Assembly: GCA_032123435.1 (NCBI GenBank)
Contig: JAQBFJ010000157.1
Location: forward strand, 1-55,370
Direction: 5' to 3'
Length of the DNA: 55,370 nucleotides
DNA from: Verrucomicrobiota bacterium
GTDB taxonomy: Bacteria > Verrucomicrobiota > Kiritimatiellia > UBA8416 > JAQBFJ01
Made by a program: the position numbers and the translations under genes. Below, piece after piece: positions 1 through 8,009 of the stretch. The notes under the pieces are model-generated. The model saw only the letters and a list, made by a program, of their open reading frames with translations. It did no database searches and was not told the DNA's origin. Within the stretch, counting starts at the first letter, position 1; each line of letters begins with the position of its first letter.

Positions 1-672
1 ACGGTAAGGACGCTCAATGCGGGCCGATCTGTATTGAAGAACCATGACAACCTGCGCAATCTGACCATTTATCGTCTCCTATGTTTCCGGGACCCTGTCG
101 CACTACATCCTTCATCAGCGAGCACAACCCTGAGACCGAACAACTTAATTTTAGACAGACATGTCGGAAGTGCCGGAAAGGGTGTTGCAAGTCCGGCATA
201 CCTGCTGTTTTTGTTCATTGTTTCAATAATTGTCTACGGGAATAATAGGTCATAACAAGCCCACTTTGCAAGCTGTCATCATGTCTTTCGAAGGTTTTTT
301 AACAGAAGGTAATTGGGAAGGTTATGAAAGAATAAAGATTGAAGGCTGAAAAGAGCAATTCATATGGCAATCGCAATAAATAAAAAACGAAAAGAGAGTT
401 AAGTATTAATTCGAGGGACCCTGGGCTTCTGCAGACAAAGCGTCGATACGTTTCCATCTCTTCCTCCTGAACCCCGAGCCCTCCCCGCCTGATTAGTTAC
501 CAACCTCAGGGGATTGATGGATTTGCTGCGTCTTTCAATGCGTCGCATCTTTTGTAAATTGATCAATCGCAATATGCAGATTAATTTACTCATGAAGAGA
601 TGTTCTTCAGGATTACGCATTTCGGCGCGTAAAATGCGGGTTTATGGATTGTGATGAATATACTTGCAAGTA

Positions 673-691
673 ACTGTCATTATATGACAGT
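673..691. promoter_or_regulatory. Perfect palindrome ACTGTCAT-tat-ATGACAGT 10 nt upstream of the AbiEi-like start codon; candidate autoregulatory operator
   Basis: Read directly: 8-bp arms, 3-bp spacer, preceded by TTGCAA at 664-669. AbiEi antitoxins are known to repress their own promoter through inverted repeats. The assignment here rests on position only. Confidence 0.4.
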
Positions 692-700
692 ATTGAGCAC

Positions 701-1339
701 ATGCAGGCTATAACAGAAATTGGATTACAGAAAGCTGTGCAAGGTGTATTTACCCGGCAGGAGGCGGCCTGTTGGGTTAACAGCGATGACGCAAGTCTCG
801 ACGCCTTGCTGAAGCGGGCCGTTGCAGCAAAGGAAGTCTTGCGCCTCCGACGTGGTTTGTTCTGTCTGGCAAGCCGCTACATGCATAGCCGGATTCACGA
901 ATTTGAACTTGCCCAACGGATCCATGGCCCAAGCTACATCAGCCTCGAATCGGCTCTTGCTCATTACGGGTGGATCCCTGAAGCGGTGTATGCTGTCACC
1001 AGCGCATCAATCGAACGATCTCGTACCTTCGAGACACCGATGGGATTGTTCAGCTTTACACGCATCCCACAGCGGGAATTTTTTGCAGGGGTAAGAAGAC
1101 GGTCCCTGGAAGGTCGTGGCAGTTTCTTTCTGGCGAGCCCGCTCAAGGCGCTGGCCGACTACGTCTATGCCCACTCTTGCGACTTGGACTCCGCTGACTC
1201 CATCGTGGCGAGTCTCCGCATTGAGGAAACCGAACTGAAAACGTTGACGGTTGAAGAGTTCGACCGCCTGGCACCGGTATACAGATCCGGCCGTGTGTGT
1301 CGATTCCTGAAGGGACTCAGAAAGGATTTGAGACTATGA
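701..1339 (+). CDS. AbiEi-family type IV antitoxin / transcriptional regulator (N-terminal wHTH)
   Basis: 212 aa. The N-terminus (GVFTRQEAACW...LLKRAVAAKEVLRLRRGLFCL) matches the AbiEi_4-type wHTH pattern (G.ft..ea...l..l...G.l.rl.rGly.l). Its stop overlaps the downstream AbiEii start in ATGA. Visibly higher GC than neighbours. Confidence 0.8.
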   Translation: MQAITEIGLQKAVQGVFTRQEAACWVNSDDASLDALLKRAVAAKEVLRLRRGLFCLASRYMHSRIHEFELAQRIHGPSYISLESALAHYGWIPEAVYAVTSASIERSRTFETPMGLFSFTRIPQREFFAGVRRRSLEGRGSFFLASPLKALADYVYAHSCDLDSADSIVASLRIEETELKTLTVEEFDRLAPVYRSGRVCRFLKGLRKDLRL

Positions 1340-2181
1340 GTGTTGAAATCATCCAGGAGCGACTGGAGTCGTATGGGTGTGCGTCCGCTCTCGAGGAAGA
1401 GCAGGCACTGCGCGAGATTACTCAGGAAATCATTCTGGCCGGGCTTGGCCGAACGGACTTGTTTGGCCGTGCCGGATTTCATGGTGGCACCTGCCTGCGT
1501 ATCTTCCATAGCCTCAACCGGTTTTCCGAAGACATGGATTTTGCGCTTCGGGAACATGATGCTTCATTCACGCTTGCGCGATATCTCGATCAGGTCCGCA
1601 CCGAGTTGGTCGCCTATGGATATGACCTGGAAATCGATGACCGTTCAAAAGCTGGGCAGACCATGCAGCAAGTCTTCCTCAAGGACGACTCCGTCGGCCA
1701 GCTGCTGCGCTTGAATTACCGTCCGGGAACCGGCCCGATGCGGAAACTGCGCGTGAAACTTGAAGTGGATACCAACCCGCCGGCCGGCGCCTCCTACGAG
1801 ATGCCCGTGTTGGACTATCCGTTCCCGTCGGCGGTGCGCGTTTTCGATCTCCCCAGCCTCTTCGCAGGCAAGATCCACGCGCTACTCTGTCGCGACTACC
1901 TGAAGGGTCGGGACTGGTACGATTTTATCTGGTACACAGCACGACACACATCAATCAACTACACGTTGCTCTCTGCCGCGCTTGACCAGCAGGGCCCCTG
2001 GGCAGGAACAAAGCCGAAAACCGACAACGCATGGTGCGTGACGCAACTCGGTGTTAAAATCGGAATGCTTGACTGGAACCAGGCGAGAGAAGACGTGCGA
2101 CGATTTCTTAAACCCAGCGAACTGCCGTCTCTGTCTCTGTGGTCCTCCGAATTCTTCCTGCGGCAGTGCCGGAAACTCTGA
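1336..2181 (+). CDS. AbiEii/AbiGii-family nucleotidyltransferase toxin
   Basis: Motif FHGGTCLRIFHSLNRFSEDMDFAL matches the GGTaL...RfSeDlDF signature of AbiEii. I place the start at ATG 1336 (MSVEIIQERL), which overlaps the AbiEi stop (ATGA at 1336-1339). The track ORF starts earlier at 1297. Confidence 0.85.
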   Translation: MSVEIIQERLESYGCASALEEEQALREITQEIILAGLGRTDLFGRAGFHGGTCLRIFHSLNRFSEDMDFALREHDASFTLARYLDQVRTELVAYGYDLEIDDRSKAGQTMQQVFLKDDSVGQLLRLNYRPGTGPMRKLRVKLEVDTNPPAGASYEMPVLDYPFPSAVRVFDLPSLFAGKIHALLCRDYLKGRDWYDFIWYTARHTSINYTLLSAALDQQGPWAGTKPKTDNAWCVTQLGVKIGMLDWNQAREDVRRFLKPSELPSLSLWSSEFFLRQCRKL

Positions 2182-2323
2182 AAGGATCGACGACCTCCAC
2201 ATCCTGCAGGCGCTTGACGCAAACATCAGGCCATATTTTCTTATTTTTTTCTTGCCTGACCGCGCAATCTTCATTAAAAACCATTTGGCAACAGGTGATA
2301 CACGCCTGTTAAGGAGTAATGCC

Positions 2324-3814
2324 ATGACTAAAAACAAAAACTTGAAATCCTTCATGGAACAGTTTCCCTATGAAGGGCTCACATTCGACGACGTATCGCT
2401 TTTGACTCAATACGCCGACTTTCTCCCTGATGAAGCGAACATTGCAACACGGCTTACAACACGCATTAACCTTAATATGCCTTTTGTGAGCGCCGCAATG
2501 GATACGGTGTCGGAAGCCAGAATGTCTACTGCCATGGCATTACTGGGCGGTATCGGAATTATACACAAAAATCTTTCAATCCATGAACAAAAATCTCACG
2601 TGGCTGTTGTTAAACATCATCTACATGGCTTGATTAGAGATCCAATTGTTTTCCGATCGACCGATACCCTGCAGAAAGTTCAGGACCGGAAAGAAGACAA
2701 GGGCTACACCTTCAGCGGCTTCCCTATTCTGAATGAACAGGATAATCTGGTGGGCATTCTTACCTCGACTGACATTAAATTCTCACGCGATAAAAACGCG
2801 AAGGTGGCGAACATAATGACCATCAAAGTGGTTACAGCCCCGCCCGACACCAGCCTGCAGGACGCTTATGAAATCATGATGCAGAATAAGATCGGTAAAC
2901 TGCCGCTGATCGACAAAGGAAAGCTTATCGGTCTTTATAGCTTTACCGATGTGCGCACTCTAGTTGAAAATGTTCAACCAATGTATAACCGCGATTTAAA
3001 ATACCGGCTTCGTGTCGGTGCAGCCGTCGGACCGAATGATCATGAACGCATTGAACATCTGGCCGAAGCGGATATAGATGTGATTGTCATAGACACCGCC
3101 CACGGCCACTCTAAGGGAATCATAGATATGGTTCATTGGCTGGCAAAACATTACCCGGATATTGATATTATTGCCGGTAATATAGGCACAAAAGAAGCCG
3201 CTCTGGCTCTTCGCGATGCCGGAGTCCATGCCGTGAAAGTAGGGATTGGACCCGGTTCAATCTGTACAACCCGCGTCGTCTGTGGCGTTGGTGTGCCGCA
3301 AGTAAGCGCAGTCTATGAATGTGCCAAGGCGCTTGAAAACTCTATTCCTGTCATCGCTGACGGCGGAATAAGACATTCGGGCGATGTACCCAAGGCAATC
3401 GTCGCCGGCGCAGACTCGGTAATGCTGGGTTCAATACTCGCCGGCACCGAAGAAAGTCCCGGCGAAAAGATAATCCATCAAGGCCGTCAATATGTAGTCT
3501 ATCGCGGTATGGGCAGTCTGGCGGCTATGCAGAAGGGCGCAGGCAGTCGTGAACGATACGCGCAAAGCGCGGTTTCAGAAGATGATCTAGTTCCCCAGGG
3601 TATTGAAGGAATTGTGCCATATTCCGGAACGGTAAAAAAGGTTATGACACAATACTGCGGCGGATTGAAATCTTCCATGGGATATTGCGGATGCAGAACA
3701 ATACCTGAACTTCAGGCAAGCGGCCGTTTTATCAGGGTATCACTGGCAGGCCTGCAGGAATCTCATCCGCATGATGTTAAGATCATGAAAGAAGCGCCCA
3801 ATTACCGCTCGTAA
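2324..3814 (+). CDS. guaB: Inosine-5'-monophosphate dehydrogenase (with CBS pair)
   Basis: [20 protein letters not shown], catalytic loop [32 protein letters not shown] at 2324 is preceded by AAGGAG. The track ORF start at 2051 overlaps AbiEii and is not credible. Confidence 0.95.
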   Translation: MTKNKNLKSFMEQFPYEGLTFDDVSLLTQYADFLPDEANIATRLTTRINLNMPFVSAAMDTVSEARMSTAMALLGGIGIIHKNLSIHEQKSHVAVVKHHLHGLIRDPIVFRSTDTLQKVQDRKEDKGYTFSGFPILNEQDNLVGILTSTDIKFSRDKNAKVANIMTIKVVTAPPDTSLQDAYEIMMQNKIGKLPLIDKGKLIGLYSFTDVRTLVENVQPMYNRDLKYRLRVGAAVGPNDHERIEHLAEADIDVIVIDTAHGHSKGIIDMVHWLAKHYPDIDIIAGNIGTKEAALALRDAGVHAVKVGIGPGSICTTRVVCGVGVPQVSAVYECAKALENSIPVIADGGIRHSGDVPKAIVAGADSVMLGSILAGTEESPGEKIIHQGRQYVVYRGMGSLAAMQKGAGSRERYAQSAVSEDDLVPQGIEGIVPYSGTVKKVMTQYCGGLKSSMGYCGCRTIPELQASGRFIRVSLAGLQESHPHDVKIMKEAPNYRS

Positions 3815-3915
3815 AACATGCCGCCTGCAGCGCCTGAAGCCGCAGGCAATGCGGGCAGGCAGAGATAAGAAGAGAGAGTTTTTACCACAGAGAGCACGGA
3901 GATTCGGAGAAGAGA

Positions 3916-3957
3916 GTTGATTTAATTTGGAAAGAGTTTTTCCGAAATTAAATCAAC
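3916..3957. repeat. Long hairpin (13+5 bp stem, one bulge, about 3-nt loop): GTTGATTTAATTTGGAAA gag TTTTTCCGAAATTAAATCAAC
   Basis: Arms verified by reverse-complementing by hand. Confidence 0.7.
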
Positions 3958-3982
3958 AATGTCCATTGAGAAGTTGTTCGGA

Positions 3983-4042
3983 CCATCGAAATCGGGATCG
4001 GTATCAAAGCACAATGAGCGAACCCGATCCCGATAGCGATGG
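3983..4042. repeat. Hairpin with 11-bp perfect core (ATCGGGATCGG / CCGATCCCGAT) extended by CCATCG/CGATGG; 22-nt loop
   Basis: Arms verified by hand. Confidence 0.6.
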
Positions 4043-4104
4043 GGTGGTTAACATGTGTCCTGTTTGAATCTCCCTCTTTCCTCCGGGTACTCGAGGATCG
4101 AGGA

Positions 4105-4899
4105 TCAAAAAGCGCCAAAAAAGATACTGGTAAACGAAATTACAGGCGAGGTCTCACGAAAATCATCAAGTGTCGCGCGAGCCTCATTTACCACACTCTT
4201 AACCTCATTATATAACTCCTCATCGTTAACCAGCTTCCCCAGCATGCCTTCGCCGCGTTCTATCTTTGCGGTTATCTCCTTTAAGGCCTTAACGGATTCG
4301 GCAAGATCATCATATAACGCTCCGTCTTTCGACAACAGCTTGCCCAACACCCCTTCGCCGGCGTTCAATCGAGTGGTAGTATCTTTAATCTGAGCTGTTG
4401 CTTCCCTGAGATTCGCTATTATTCCATCTTCATCGGTAAATCCTTCCTTTGCGGCATTCACCAATTGGGCGGCATCTGCCATCAGATCATACGGCTCTTC
4501 GCCAATAAACAGTTTCATGTTTTCCAGCACAGGCAAATCATCAGATCCCTCATAAATCTGAAGATAACGCCCGCCCAGTATGGACGTTGCCACAACCGTA
4601 ATCTTATAATCCGCCTTCATCTTCAACACTTTCTCGACCGTAATCATGATATGCACGCCATCTGCCTGCAGAGAAAGATTTTCAATCTGTCCAATGGGCA
4701 TGCCCCGAACAACAACGCTGTCCTTTTCCCTCAGACCCATGACATCATTGAAAACAATCTCCATCTGATAATGTTTCTTTCCCCACATTTCACCCGATAA
4801 TATAAAGGTGAAATACACGAGTCCAAGCAATATCATAACCATGAAAACGCCAACTATCACTTCCATGGTAAGCTCTCTGGCCATCCAATCTTTTTTCAT
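4105..4899 (-). CDS. mlaD: MlaD-like MCE-domain protein (periplasmic substrate-binding subunit of the Mla/Ttg2 ABC system)
   Basis: N-terminal TM helix followed by an MCE domain (FNDVMGLREKDSVVVRGMPIGQIENL...ATSILGGRYLQI) and a C-terminal helical region. ATG at 4899 overlaps the mlaF stop as ATGA and has an AAGGA SD. The track start at 4917 is the alternative. Confidence 0.8.
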   Translation of the reverse strand: MKKDWMARELTMEVIVGVFMVMILLGLVYFTFILSGEMWGKKHYQMEIVFNDVMGLREKDSVVVRGMPIGQIENLSLQADGVHIMITVEKVLKMKADYKITVVATSILGGRYLQIYEGSDDLPVLENMKLFIGEEPYDLMADAAQLVNAAKEGFTDEDGIIANLREATAQIKDTTTRLNAGEGVLGKLLSKDGALYDDLAESVKALKEITAKIERGEGMLGKLVNDEELYNEVKSVVNEARATLDDFRETSPVISFTSIFFGAF

Positions 4900-5657
4900 C
4901 TCGATTTCCTTTCCCATACACCTTGCTTAGTTATGAACTGAGCCTCAAGAAAACTTCTGACACCTGGATTTGTGGATTTAATAAACTCGTCCGGTGTCGA
5001 TATATGAACAATCTTGCCGTCCTGCAGCATCGCTATCCTCGACCCTATCGACAAAGCACTGTGAAGATCATGCGTTACCACAACGCTCGTAATACCCAGC
5101 TCTTTGTTCATCCTGCTGATTAACGCGTCTATTGTCCGGGCTGTCACGGGATCAAGTCCGGAAGTAGGTTCGTCATAAAGCACTATTTCGGGATTCCTTA
5201 CAATAGCGCGCGCAAGCCCGGCTCTTTTCTGCATACCGCCTGAAATCTCAGAGGGCTTTTTTTCTCCATCCTCCCCAAGTCCTACCAGTTCAAGCATATG
5301 CCGCGCCTTCTTCCTGATCTCCTCGTCACTCATACGTGTTTTTTCACGCAACGGCAGGGCGACGTTCTCCATCACCGTAAGCCACGCAATAAGCGCACCA
5401 CCCTGGAAAAGATACCCGAACTTTTCACGCACTCTTTCGAGTTCCTGTCCTACCGCGCTACTGATTAGAACGCCGTCAACAAAAACGTCTCCGTCATCCG
5501 GCGTCATGAATCGAACCATATGTTTCAATGTAACACTCTTGCCCGCCCCGGACGGGCCAACAATAACAAAGACTTCTCCAGCCTGCACTTCAAAGCTTAC
5601 GTTATCGAGAACCACGCTACTGCCAAACGATTTTGAAACTTTTTCCAACTTTATCAT
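4896..5657 (-). CDS. mlaF: MlaF-like ABC transporter ATP-binding protein
   Basis: Walker A GPSGAGKS, signature SGGMQKRAGLARA, Walker B VLYDEPTSGLD. ATG at 5657 (MIKLEKV) is preceded by GGAG with 5-nt spacing. Confidence 0.85.
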   Translation of the reverse strand: MIKLEKVSKSFGSSVVLDNVSFEVQAGEVFVIVGPSGAGKSVTLKHMVRFMTPDDGDVFVDGVLISSAVGQELERVREKFGYLFQGGALIAWLTVMENVALPLREKTRMSDEEIRKKARHMLELVGLGEDGEKKPSEISGGMQKRAGLARAIVRNPEIVLYDEPTSGLDPVTARTIDALISRMNKELGITSVVVTHDLHSALSIGSRIAMLQDGKIVHISTPDEFIKSTNPGVRSFLEAQFITKQGVWERKSR

Positions 5658-5731
5658 TGTATCTCCACGCGAAATCAATCCGCCGCCCCTGGCGCACATT
5701 ATTCATGAAGAATGCACGCTAGCATACATCA

Positions 5732-6544
5732 TCAGTAATAAAACAATCCCGTAAGCAATAAACCGGCAACAAGAATCGTCAGGAACGAAACGATTACAGC
5801 TTTTCTTGTCGCGGCCCCCACGCCTATCGCGCCATGGGTAGCTGCGAAACCTTCATAACACGATACAATTGTTATAATTATACCAAAGATAACCGCTTTA
5901 AGCTGGCCGACATACAGGTCTTTCACCTTGCCGAACCGTAATGCATTGTCTATGTAAACATCCCACGATACACCCAGCAAACAATAAGCGACCACCCCGC
6001 CTCCAACAACGCCCATAACACAGGTATAAAAAGACAGCAGCGGCGTCATAATGCTCATTGCCACCAAGCGCGGCATTACAAGAAACCGCACTGGATCAAT
6101 GGACATTATTTCAAGAGCGGCAATTTCTTCTGAAACTACCATTGTGCCCAGCTGCGCGGCCATAGCCGACCCCACACATGCCGCTAAAATCAGCCCTGTC
6201 ATAAACGGCCCCATCTCCCTTAACATCGAAACAAGCACCGCCACACCAACATGCGCCTCCTTATTATACTCACGAAGCGCAATCCCGGTGTTCAAGGCCA
6301 GTATCATGCCGGTAAAAACAGCAACAACCGTAATCACACCAAGACTCTTTATTCCATACACATACATTTGCACAATCGTTTCGCGCCTTGAACGCGGCGA
6401 AAAGACATGCGCGAGATTCGCAATAGAATGCATCAGCAGAATAGTGCCTTGCCCAACAGCCCTGCAGTAAAACAGTATCATCCTTCCAACCCGGCCCAAT
6501 AAGCCGGAGGAAGGCGGAAAATATTCTGGTTCTCTAGTTATCAT
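5732..6544 (-). CDS. mlaE: MlaE-like ABC transporter permease
   Basis: 270 aa, polytopic, typical MlaE layout (QMYVYGIKSLGVITV..., LREMGPFMTGLILA..., AAQLGTM). The first ATG (6544) overlaps the stop of the upstream lipoprotein gene by 11 nt. Confidence 0.85.
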   Translation of the reverse strand: MITREPEYFPPSSGLLGRVGRMILFYCRAVGQGTILLMHSIANLAHVFSPRSRRETIVQMYVYGIKSLGVITVVAVFTGMILALNTGIALREYNKEAHVGVAVLVSMLREMGPFMTGLILAACVGSAMAAQLGTMVVSEEIAALEIMSIDPVRFLVMPRLVAMSIMTPLLSFYTCVMGVVGGGVVAYCLLGVSWDVYIDNALRFGKVKDLYVGQLKAVIFGIIITIVSCYEGFAATHGAIGVGAATRKAVIVSFLTILVAGLLLTGLFYY

Positions 6545-8009
6545 CCTTTTTATCCCCGCAATGAATCTTGATAACGTATAATATCTTATACGTTCTTTGC
6601 AAACCCTTGGTTTTACAACCAATCAATCCCATCAAAATGTTCCATTCTCTGCTCCCATCGCCATCCGTTGTTTTTTCGGATGAAAACAGGGGGAATAGTG
6701 AAATATGACCTCCTTCAGCGCCATCCGAGCGCCGATGAAACAAGCCCCATAGAACCTCATCTTCAACAACTTCGCCCGTTCTTTCATGTGAATATAAACT
6801 CCATATGGGTGCCAGGTTGCGTTCAACGGCGGGCGTACGTTTAAGCGGCCAAAGCGCGAGCATTCTGAACCGCGCATCGGCTTCCCTGCGCTCGTAAGAC
6901 AAAAGAGGCCAAAATTTGAAATATCTCTCGCCAACCCTGTCCTCGGCAGATTCATTGCTGTCATCCTTAATCAACATTTTCTCATGATAAACCAAAGGCA
7001 GGATATTAAATCTTTTTAACACCGACTCGTTACGCGTTATTTCCTCAGTATTTATTATCGGCCATAGCGCGAATGAAGATTTAACCTGGCCGACTGTCTT
7101 GCGGCCCCACAAGGGCCATATGTACAACTTGGCGGGATCCCCTGATCTATATTGAAATAACGGCCACGGACAATTCAACTCCATGCTTTCCTTGCCGTAA
7201 CCAAGTTTGAAAAGAGGCGGCAAAAAAGTCCACGACCTGTTCTCACCAGCTTTTGCCTGGCCATATAGAGGAAATAAGACAAAACCACCGCCCTGCTGAT
7301 CGGGATATTGATACCGGACAGAACTCCACAAGGGCCATAAAACAAATCTTTTGGTCCACCTGTTCCGATTAAACGACTGCCCATAAAGCGGGAACAATCT
7401 GAACCGTGATACATCTTCTCCTTTTGACCACGATATTAAGGGCCAAATCACATCATATGTTTCCACGTCATCAACGGAACTATGCGTGTAAAGCGGAAAA
7501 AGCGCGAAGTTTATCTTGTCCCGCCCCAGAAATTCATGAATCTTGCCGCCAATTGGAAACACTGCAAAATATTTCGAGCCTTCCTTATCCCGTCCAGTGT
7601 ACAAAACGGGAAAAACAATGAAGCGTTTTCTGGATTCCGGATCAGCATTATCGAAATCATGACCAAACGCCGACAGAAAGCGCCAGTAAGTTTCTCCGCG
7701 ATACTGTTTGATCATTCCAACAGGCCAGAGAAACTCCTGAAGTGAACGATCCCTGGCAGGTTCAGTCGTAGAGCTATAAAACGGCCGCACGGCAGTAAAC
7801 ACCATGCCCGCATCATCTTTCTGTCTTTCAACAAAAGGACCCAGCGCGCGAACTCGTTCTGCGCCAGTTGGGTCAATATCGGCACATGAAAGGAAACCTA
7901 TATCCCACTCTCTGGCGGGAATGGTAGAGCATGACGTCAGGCTCAAACATGAACAGGCGAGCATGCACGACAAAAAACATGATATTAACTCAGAGGTGTT
8001 TTTCGGCAT
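6534..8009 (-). CDS. Lipoprotein built from about 15 tandem W/F-P-L-(Y/W/F) repeat units; function unknown
   Basis: Signal peptide with lipobox LTSC (Cys27). Recurring FPLY/WPLW/WPLF/FPLF units every 17-22 aa across almost the whole mature protein. The ATG lies 17 nt upstream of the pyrB-like stop codon (20-nt gene overlap), and its own stop overlaps mlaE. Confidence 0.7.
   Translation of the reverse strand: MPKNTSELISCFLSCMLACSCLSLTSCSTIPAREWDIGFLSCADIDPTGAERVRALGPFVERQKDDAGMVFTAVRPFYSSTTEPARDRSLQEFLWPVGMIKQYRGETYWRFLSAFGHDFDNADPESRKRFIVFPVLYTGRDKEGSKYFAVFPIGGKIHEFLGRDKINFALFPLYTHSSVDDVETYDVIWPLISWSKGEDVSRFRLFPLYGQSFNRNRWTKRFVLWPLWSSVRYQYPDQQGGGFVLFPLYGQAKAGENRSWTFLPPLFKLGYGKESMELNCPWPLFQYRSGDPAKLYIWPLWGRKTVGQVKSSFALWPIINTEEITRNESVLKRFNILPLVYHEKMLIKDDSNESAEDRVGERYFKFWPLLSYERREADARFRMLALWPLKRTPAVERNLAPIWSLYSHERTGEVVEDEVLWGLFHRRSDGAEGGHISLFPLFSSEKTTDGDGSREWNILMGLIGCKTKGLQRTYKILYVIKIHCGDKKDDN

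Larger units (their letters stand above)
3869..4096. repeat. Composite intergenic element E1: purine-rich box with GAGAGTTTTTACCAC core (3874-3888), two long hairpins, then a pyrimidine-rich box (CTCCCTCTTTCCTCC, 4070-4084)
   Basis: Read directly. It lies between convergent guaB and mlaD. The core recurs inverted at 18715-18728 and 18740-18752. Confidence 0.6.

Noticed and set aside
1-255. ORFs at the window start: 34-255 plus (open from base 1), 14-199 minus, and a minus-strand ATG at 45 running off the edge. Also the idea that this stretch is a tmRNA, RNase P or SRP RNA fragment.
   Set aside because: The translations have no recognisable motifs or SDs. I could not find the conserved RNase P (GAGGAAAGUCCGGGC), tmRNA T-arm/CCA or SRP motifs. 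The region is left unannotated.
2051-2323. The track ORF for guaB begins at 2051, giving a 91-aa N-terminal extension.
   Set aside because: The extension overlaps the 3' end of AbiEii and has no IMPDH-like sequence. ATG 2324 has an AAGGAG SD and yields a normal IMPDH N-terminus.
3815-3850. Hairpin GCCTGC...GCAGGC just after guaB as an intrinsic terminator.
   Set aside because: The stem is short (5-6 bp), the loop is large and no U-tract follows. Termination, if any, is more likely associated with the larger E1 structures.
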